Shown piece by piece: positions 58,292 through 64,000 of a stretch of 64,000 nt of DNA. Origin of the DNA: a virus (Duplodnaviria > Caudoviricetes); IMG/VR virus record IMGVR_UViG_3300028903_000001, positions 1 through 64,000 of that record. The stretch is one strand, 5' to 3'. A program made the position numbers and the translations under genes. The notes under the pieces were generated by a model. The model made no database searches. It was not told where the DNA came from and saw nothing but the letters and a program-made list of their open reading frames with translations. How positions within the stretch are numbered: the first letter of the stretch is position 1; each line of letters opens with the position of its first letter.

Positions 58292-59101
58292 TCAGAGGAT
58301 GACGCAGCCGCTGCCGCCGACTTCCTTACCGGCCCAACGCGGAATTAGGATGTTATCGATGACTCGCGGCGCAATGACCTTGGACTGATAGATATGGTCG
58401 GTGCATGTCTTTTCCATATTGCGGTAGCCAAGAAGCCAAAGCCCACCCACCTTGTACTGGAACTTGCCAGGAATCTTGGTGTAGGTATACTTGCCTATCA
58501 GTTTCTTTACACCATTTACCTCCTGATAGCACAGTGTCGGTATGGGCGCATGATCCGCGTCTACCAGCGCACTGATTGTCACTGGATCCATGTAGACCGG
58601 AGACTGCATGACATGGTCGAGAATCTCGAGTGAGGCTTGTTCCGTGGAGATGGAAGCCTGGGGCGGCTTAGGCGTCTCACTGCTAGTCACGACGAGGCAA
58701 TGCTCGGTGGGTGCGATGTTTGGATTGCCAGAGCTACCGAAGGCGGCGAGCCTCGCATACCGCTTCCAGGCAGGCCACATCAGATGGATGCCGTCGCAGG
58801 CCAAGACGAAGTCTGGCGCGCCACCGTCAGGGCTCGAGAGAAGAACCGCAACGCCGATACAAGTCTCGGAAAAGCCGAGAATGGCAACCCTGTTTCCAGG
58901 CTTATCTAAGCCATGATTCTTTAGCGCCTGCTTGATGGGACGCTCGCCATAGGCAGATTTGATAGCATTGCTGTAGGCGTCAAAGTTTCTACCATTGCCC
59001 TTTGGCATGGTAATCTCTGCCGTGTCGGATCTAAAGCTAGCCCGCCAGTTCTTCCCGAACCAGGAGTGAAGCTCGCCGAAGTGAAGGATGATGTCTGTCA
59101 T
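58292..59101 (-). CDS. Alpha/beta-hydrolase-like protein
   Basis: VAILGFSET, ACDGIH, DHIYQ; same motif order as 14386-15135. Confidence 0.45.
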   Translation of the reverse strand: MTDIILHFGELHSWFGKNWRASFRSDTAEITMPKGNGRNFDAYSNAIKSAYGERPIKQALKNHGLDKPGNRVAILGFSETCIGVAVLLSSPDGGAPDFVLACDGIHLMWPAWKRYARLAAFGSSGNPNIAPTEHCLVVTSSETPKPPQASISTEQASLEILDHVMQSPVYMDPVTISALVDADHAPIPTLCYQEVNGVKKLIGKYTYTKIPGKFQYKVGGLWLLGYRNMEKTCTDHIYQSKVIAPRVIDNILIPRWAGKEVGGSGCVIL

Positions 59102-60600
59102 TCCTCTACCGTGCGCCTGCGGCTCTTGTTCCAGTCGAGAAGCGCCGCGATGCCGTATACCGCCACGCCTCCCATCGCGATGACCATCAGAGCGGTCAAT
59201 GCAGACTCTGCGGTCTTAGCTAGCTTGCTAAACGGGCTCACCTCTTCCTTCTTGACATCGATCTCTGCCTTGTCTCTCGCCTGGCTACTGAGTTCGCTTT
59301 GAATCCTGAGCGCTTCCTTGGTAGCTTCTTCTCGACTCATGCCCCCAGCTACAAGCTTTTCGGTCTGCTCAGTGACAAAGTCCTGAGCCCTCCTCATCGA
59401 CGCCTTGTCGAGGTGCGCCTTCACGACGTCGCAAACCTCTTTGACCGATAGGTACTGAATGACGGAACCGATGATGACTGCGCCGACGACGAGCCCGACA
59501 TATGCCGCACCCATCGTTCCTGGAGGCGTTATCGTGGTATCCTCGATGACGAATCGCTTCGTCGCTTCGTCAAAGCCTACCCTGGGCTCACCCGGCTTGC
59601 CTAGAATGAGAGAACTGGACTGATCGACGTCATAGGCCAGCCTGCGCTTGTCGGTCGCGCCGTCGTAGCCGTAGTTGATCATTTTGGGTATCCACTTCTC
59701 CATATCACCGTAGTAGTCCTCGCTAGCCTGCGGCCAGGACTCGCTGATGATCGAATACCCCATCATCTCACAGGCCAGTTTGTACTGCCTGTGTTGGAAC
59801 CTCACGTCGTAAAACGAGTCGGCGAGATCCGAGGTGATGCGTTTGACCTGTTCCCTCATATATTCGTAGAACGACTCTGTGATTCCGGTTAGACCCGGCT
59901 CGGCTTGTCCCGCTAGCATTCCTCCCGGCCTGCCAACTCCAACGAATCTGCCCGTGTTGTCACTAGATCCCAAGCCCGACGGGACCCTAGCGGCATCGAC
60001 GACACCGTTTTTATCCGCCAAGACCTTACCTCCGGGAACCGCGATGAAGGTCTCCCGCGTCGGCTTGGAAGCGGTGCCGAATGGATCGCTTGTCGAGGGA
60101 TCGCACCTAACCCATACGCCCCGCTTCTCGTCTCTCACCGCCGCGAGAACATGCGTATGCTGGCGATGCGGCTCGTAGCTATGAGCGACGACGCAGCCTT
60201 CAATCCCCACGCTTTCAATCGCGGAAAGGAAGGCAACAACGAGACCGTCACAGTCTTCGCCCATGAACACGAGACCGTCGCAGCCCTCGAGCGTGCAAGC
60301 GGCGCTGGGGATGAATTCACCATCGATAGGGTCTTCGATGTAGGGACGCTCTTTTCGAAGACGTTCGAGGATAGCCTTTGCCTGAGCCATCTTGTCGGCC
60401 TGGAATCCACCCAGCCCGCCGCGAACAATGGTCTCCCTGGCCCAAGCCACGGTCTTTGGGTCCATGCGTCCCTTCTCGACGCGGTCCACGATTTCGGACA
60501 GGGAGACCCTGATCCCTTTTTCGCCCCTGGGGTGGGGGCGGCTCACGGTCTTGGGACCAGCGGTTCGGTTAGGTTGTTTTCGCGAGGGCTCGTTGCGCAT
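59098..60600 (-). CDS. Transglutaminase-like cysteine protease with two C-terminal TM segments
   Basis: GEDCDGL (C), HTHVL (H), WVRCDPS (D); PYIEDP upstream. Confidence 0.85.
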   Translation of the reverse strand: MRNEPSRKQPNRTAGPKTVSRPHPRGEKGIRVSLSEIVDRVEKGRMDPKTVAWARETIVRGGLGGFQADKMAQAKAILERLRKERPYIEDPIDGEFIPSAACTLEGCDGLVFMGEDCDGLVVAFLSAIESVGIEGCVVAHSYEPHRQHTHVLAAVRDEKRGVWVRCDPSTSDPFGTASKPTRETFIAVPGGKVLADKNGVVDAARVPSGLGSSDNTGRFVGVGRPGGMLAGQAEPGLTGITESFYEYMREQVKRITSDLADSFYDVRFQHRQYKLACEMMGYSIISESWPQASEDYYGDMEKWIPKMINYGYDGATDKRRLAYDVDQSSSLILGKPGEPRVGFDEATKRFVIEDTTITPPGTMGAAYVGLVVGAVIIGSVIQYLSVKEVCDVVKAHLDKASMRRAQDFVTEQTEKLVAGGMSREEATKEALRIQSELSSQARDKAEIDVKKEEVSPFSKLAKTAESALTALMVIAMGGVAVYGIAALLDWNKSRRRTVEE

Positions 60601-62803
60601 AGGCTATACCGTCCAGGAGGCTTTTCGATCCCCCCGACGATACGACGGGCTTTGCGCTAGGTCCATGTTGCGTAGGTACTTTTTTCTCCGTCCACGCCGG
60701 TTTACTGGGAGGCGACGGGCTCGAGACCGTGACGGGAACAGGGGCTGGGGGAGACGTGGCGACGGTGACAGCGTTCCCGCTCTGGAGCGCATCGACCGTG
60801 GACTGCGACGGCGCGAGCCGCCTCGAGAGCATGTCGATCTGTTGCGCCTGAAGCTGCTGGTTTTCCATGAGTTGCTGCTGCATCTGCTCAAACATGCGAT
60901 AGGTGTCCCGCATCTCTTCCTGTCTACGAGCATCTTTCACATGCTGCCTCAACTCACCAAGCGCCTTGATACCTGGCTCAATCCACGATTTGACATTGTC
61001 GGCGTTGAGAGCCATCATGGTGAAGAAATCGACAGCTTTACCGTCCTTGTCGGTCACGTACCGAAACGGTCCCATCTCAAATACCTTGAGCGGAGAGCCG
61101 TCTTCCGCCTTGGTCTCGGACTGGACCAAAGCCTGTTGTGGCGGCGGTTGCTGCATCCACTGAGGCATTTGAGGCGGGGGCGGAACGGGTGGGGATGATG
61201 GTGAGAGCTTTTCGAACATCTCTTTTAGCTCTGCCATCTGCTTCATCGTCTTTCGCATCTCGCTAAGCGAGTCCTTTGGCTCGGGCGGCGGCGGCTGCTG
61301 TTGTTGCTGTTGCGGCATCCCCATCTGAGCCCACTGCGCCATTTGCTGCTGCATCTGAATCTGCTGCTGCTGCGCCTCGGTGGCCTTCAGTCTCTCATCC
61401 ACCAATCTGGCGATTTCCTCCATGCTCATCATTTGAGGCTGCTGCATAGGCTGTTGCTGCATCGCGGCTTGAGCCTTAGCCTCCTCGAGTTGCTGCTTCA
61501 TGCTATGGAGCGACCCGTTGAGAGTTGACAGCATTTGCCAGACCTGGAACTGCTGCTGATACGAGGCTTGCGTACTTGCGCTTCTCATATCGTGGTTGTT
61601 CCGCTTCTGAAGCTTCTTGATCTGGCGGTTCAATCCCTTGATCGTCCCCTCTAGCTGAAGTATTCGATAGTCGGGTTGTGGCTGCTGCGGCTGGTATGGG
61701 TTGTGACCCATTCTACTGGGAGGAGGCGGCGGAATATCCTCGATGAATTCCTCCTCTTCCTCCTCGTCATCGTCGTCATCGTCAACTTGATCCTGCGGAG
61801 GCGGCGGCGGCTGCATCCACGGCATTTGCTGCGGCCATCCCGGCATTTGTGGCTGTGGCTGTGGCCATTGCGGCTGCCCCCATTGCTGCTGTGGCTGCTG
61901 CGGAGGCGACTGTTGAAGCTGTGGTTGGGCCCAACCCTGCTGCTGCGGTGAAAGCCATTCCTGCGGTGGATGCTGCCTTTGCGGTTGCGGCTCGCCCCAT
62001 TGCTGCTGCGGTTGCTGAACCTGCTGCGGAGGATCCTGCCATTGTTGGGCTCGAGGCTGCTGCTGCTGAGACCGAGACTGCTGCGGGTCCTGCCACTGCT
62101 GCTGCGGTTGCTGAGCCTGCTGCGGATCGGAGGGCAGGGGAACACCTCTGGCTTGTGCCTCGATTGTTTTCCACTCGATCCTTCGCTTTGGGTTGTCACC
62201 CAGTTTGAGATAGCAAACCGCAGCAATGCTTCTGCCGGTAGAGTACATGATGATCTTGTACTTCTGCGGAGTGCCGTCCCATTGATTGTTGCAGATATAC
62301 TCACTGAGCTTACCCCAGTTTGGAACCTGATGAAGCGGTATCACTCCAACATGGTGGGCCACCGGCTGCTCAAGTGAGATCTCAACCTCGGACGACGAGC
62401 CGAAAAGAGTCATGCACTTCTCGGAGCCATAGTTGTATTTGATGCCGTCTTGACCATGCCAGGGAACCCTGGCGTGATTCTTTCGCATCTCGATGACGCG
62501 GTTAGCGGTCTGATTCTGAAGCCTGGCTTCGTCGTCGAGACCGTTTAGAAGCTCTTGTCGCTCCTCGTCCTCAGTCATCGGTCTATCACGCTGGACGGGT
62601 GCGGATAGCTCCTGTCGCTGCGGCTCTTCGTCGTAGCTATCCAACTCCTCATCTTCATCTTCATCTTCATCCTCATCCTCGTTTTCCTCCACGAGGATTT
62701 CCTCTTCCCTCTTCTTTCTCGCCCTACCCGCTACGGCTGGCTTATTCCTCGGTCGTCCCCTTCGCTTCATACCCGCCAGTGATTGATTCTGCTTTCGAGC
62801 CAT
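60569..62803 (-). CDS. Gln/Pro-rich low-complexity coiled-coil protein
   Basis: QQQW/PQQQ repeats, acidic runs, coiled coil. Confidence 0.75.
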   Translation of the reverse strand: MARKQNQSLAGMKRRGRPRNKPAVAGRARKKREEEILVEENEDEDEDEDEDEELDSYDEEPQRQELSAPVQRDRPMTEDEERQELLNGLDDEARLQNQTANRVIEMRKNHARVPWHGQDGIKYNYGSEKCMTLFGSSSEVEISLEQPVAHHVGVIPLHQVPNWGKLSEYICNNQWDGTPQKYKIIMYSTGRSIAAVCYLKLGDNPKRRIEWKTIEAQARGVPLPSDPQQAQQPQQQWQDPQQSRSQQQQPRAQQWQDPPQQVQQPQQQWGEPQPQRQHPPQEWLSPQQQGWAQPQLQQSPPQQPQQQWGQPQWPQPQPQMPGWPQQMPWMQPPPPPQDQVDDDDDDEEEEEEFIEDIPPPPPSRMGHNPYQPQQPQPDYRILQLEGTIKGLNRQIKKLQKRNNHDMRSASTQASYQQQFQVWQMLSTLNGSLHSMKQQLEEAKAQAAMQQQPMQQPQMMSMEEIARLVDERLKATEAQQQQIQMQQQMAQWAQMGMPQQQQQQPPPPEPKDSLSEMRKTMKQMAELKEMFEKLSPSSPPVPPPPQMPQWMQQPPPQQALVQSETKAEDGSPLKVFEMGPFRYVTDKDGKAVDFFTMMALNADNVKSWIEPGIKALGELRQHVKDARRQEEMRDTYRMFEQMQQQLMENQQLQAQQIDMLSRRLAPSQSTVDALQSGNAVTVATSPPAPVPVTVSSPSPPSKPAWTEKKVPTQHGPSAKPVVSSGGSKSLLDGIAYAQRALAKTT

Positions 62804-62815
62804 ATCGTCTCCTAA

Positions 62816-63148
62816 TTAGGGGATTGGGGGAGCGGGGACAACTACGCCTTCCAAGACGGTCCCAGGTAGACGTGTCGAGAAAGCCGACTTGAAAGCACCG
62901 AGAAGTGACTGGTACTTCAAGTCGTCGGTAGGGTTGGCCGCATCGAATTCTGCCGTGAGCGTGACCCGGATCGTCCTGAGAATCTGCCCTGGTACCAACT
63001 CGCTCGTCGCGTCGGCAGCCAGGGTGAAGTCCAAAGCTCTCTCACTCAGGATATCCACAATGGGTACAGCCGCGACTTTCGCCAAAGCGGTGGCGGTTTT
63101 CATCGGAGTTCCTGAGAAAGTGAATATGATTCTGTATTCAGCGTCCAT
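62816..63148 (-). CDS. Hypothetical protein
   Basis: 110 aa, co-oriented. Confidence 0.6.
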   Translation of the reverse strand: MDAEYRIIFTFSGTPMKTATALAKVAAVPIVDILSERALDFTLAADATSELVPGQILRTIRVTLTAEFDAANPTDDLKYQSLLGAFKSAFSTRLPGTVLEGVVVPAPPIP

Positions 63149-63150
63149 GT

Positions 63151-63504
63151 CTATTCCCTTTGGTCCTTGTTCAGATGTCCCATAATTGCGTCAATGGCAC
63201 CCTTGCCGAGAGCCGCACCGAGTCTGCCGAAGCCCTTTTCCGCCGCATCGTTTGCGGCAACCGAGCCGATTTCCTGCGCCGCTGCGGTGGCAAAGCCCGC
63301 CGGAAGTCCGCTTGGTGCGATATCCTGCTCGGAAAGCTCTGGGAGCCAGTGCGCAGCCTCCCACTCGATGCTCCAGCCGCCTTCCTGGTCGAGTGAGCCT
63401 CGAGCGACAAAGACGACGTCGGCAAGCGGTGAGCCACGACGCTTCGATTTACGCAAAGCCTTCAAGGCTGCCGTTGGCGATATCTTTGCTTTTTGACTCG
63501 ACAC
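63151..63504 (-). CDS. Hypothetical protein
   Basis: 117 aa, GTG start after AGGAG. Confidence 0.55.
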   Translation of the reverse strand: MSSQKAKISPTAALKALRKSKRRGSPLADVVFVARGSLDQEGGWSIEWEAAHWLPELSEQDIAPSGLPAGFATAAAQEIGSVAANDAAEKGFGRLGAALGKGAIDAIMGHLNKDQRE

Positions 63505-63719
63505 GCTTCTTGCTCCTTGTATAGCTCTCGCATCTTGGACGAGTCCTCGTCCATGTACCGTCGCCTAATAGCCATCTCGATCACTGCGGATCTCGTGAGC
63601 CCTCCATTGATTGCGCAAAGCATGTCCAGCATTCGCTCAGCCGCTACGCTTATACGAATCTGGATCTTCGACTTTGACTTCCTTGGCTTGGCGAATAGCT
63701 CATCACTGAGATTCGACAT
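63462..63719 (-). CDS. Ribbon-helix-helix regulator
   Basis: IQIRISVAAERMLDML...TRSAVIEMAIR. Confidence 0.7.
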   Translation of the reverse strand: MSNLSDELFAKPRKSKSKIQIRISVAAERMLDMLCAINGGLTRSAVIEMAIRRRYMDEDSSKMRELYKEQEACRVKKQRYRQRQP

Positions 63720-64000
63720 CTGTCGCCTCTTGTTGGCTATCCGAATCTACGGCTTGCTCCTCGAGTTCATTTTGCATGATGAGGTATTCAAACCGCATGT
63801 CGTCCGTGATGGGGATCTTTGCGAGAAACGCGATCTTGTCGATATGCGCCTGCCATGCCTGTTCGCAGTATTTCTTCTGTGCCATATATCCGACCATTTC
63901 CTGCTCGTATTGCTGGTAGGCGATGGCGAAGTCTTCCCTGCTACCGAACTGAGTCAGAGTCGGCTCTTCCGGCTCACTGGGAGGCCCCTTCTCGCCCGAA

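Larger units (their letters stand above)
1..64000 (-). mobile_element. Virus/provirus genome segment, probably a tailless membrane-containing vertical jelly-roll virus
   Basis: Dense co-oriented ORFs with ATGA/TGATG overlaps and no housekeeping genes. Contains SNF2 helicase, peptidoglycan hydrolases, a transglutaminase-like protease and many C-terminal TM proteins. No terminase, portal or tail tube seen. Confidence 0.8.

Noticed and set aside
1-64000. Tailed-phage head/tail module, integrase, packaging ATPase, tRNA/rRNA
   Set aside because: No terminase, portal, recombinase or FtsK/A32 motifs recognised; the only Walker A motifs seen are in the helicase and the small kinase; no RNA gene recognised by eye

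Overview
This window looks like part of a large (at least 64 kb), GC-rich, tailless bacterial virus or provirus with an internal membrane. Nearly all genes are on the minus strand. No terminase, portal, tail tube/sheath, integrase, polymerase or packaging ATPase is recognisable here. About 1-11.5 kb is an early/host-takeover block: SNF2 helicase, N4BP2-like kinase, truncated GHKL-HExxH protein, an AcrIII-1/DUF1874-like protein with His>Tyr at the catalytic position, and a PcfJ-like protein. It sits downstream of a candidate sigma54 promoter, three palindromic enhancer-like sites and a stand-alone Fis-type HTH gene. About 12.5-63 kb is the virion/lysis block: a candidate vertical jelly-roll major capsid protein (35193-36479), a transglutaminase-like cysteine protease, about 14 C-terminally membrane-anchored proteins (including LysM, M15 peptidase and lytic transglycosylase), beta-helix/LamG/sialidase spike-like proteins and several paralog arrays. 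The most striking feature is a set of long basic proteins built from unrelated modules (GNAT, HExxH zincin, H1-like and others), each separated by a recurring xxNP linker; about 21 copies occur in 4 genes. This suggests an undescribed polyprotein-cleavage or cargo-loading code. A roughly 140-bp IS200/IS605 remnant sits in the loop of a hairpin covering the transglycosylase start codon. All family assignments come from motif recognition by eye; no searches were run.
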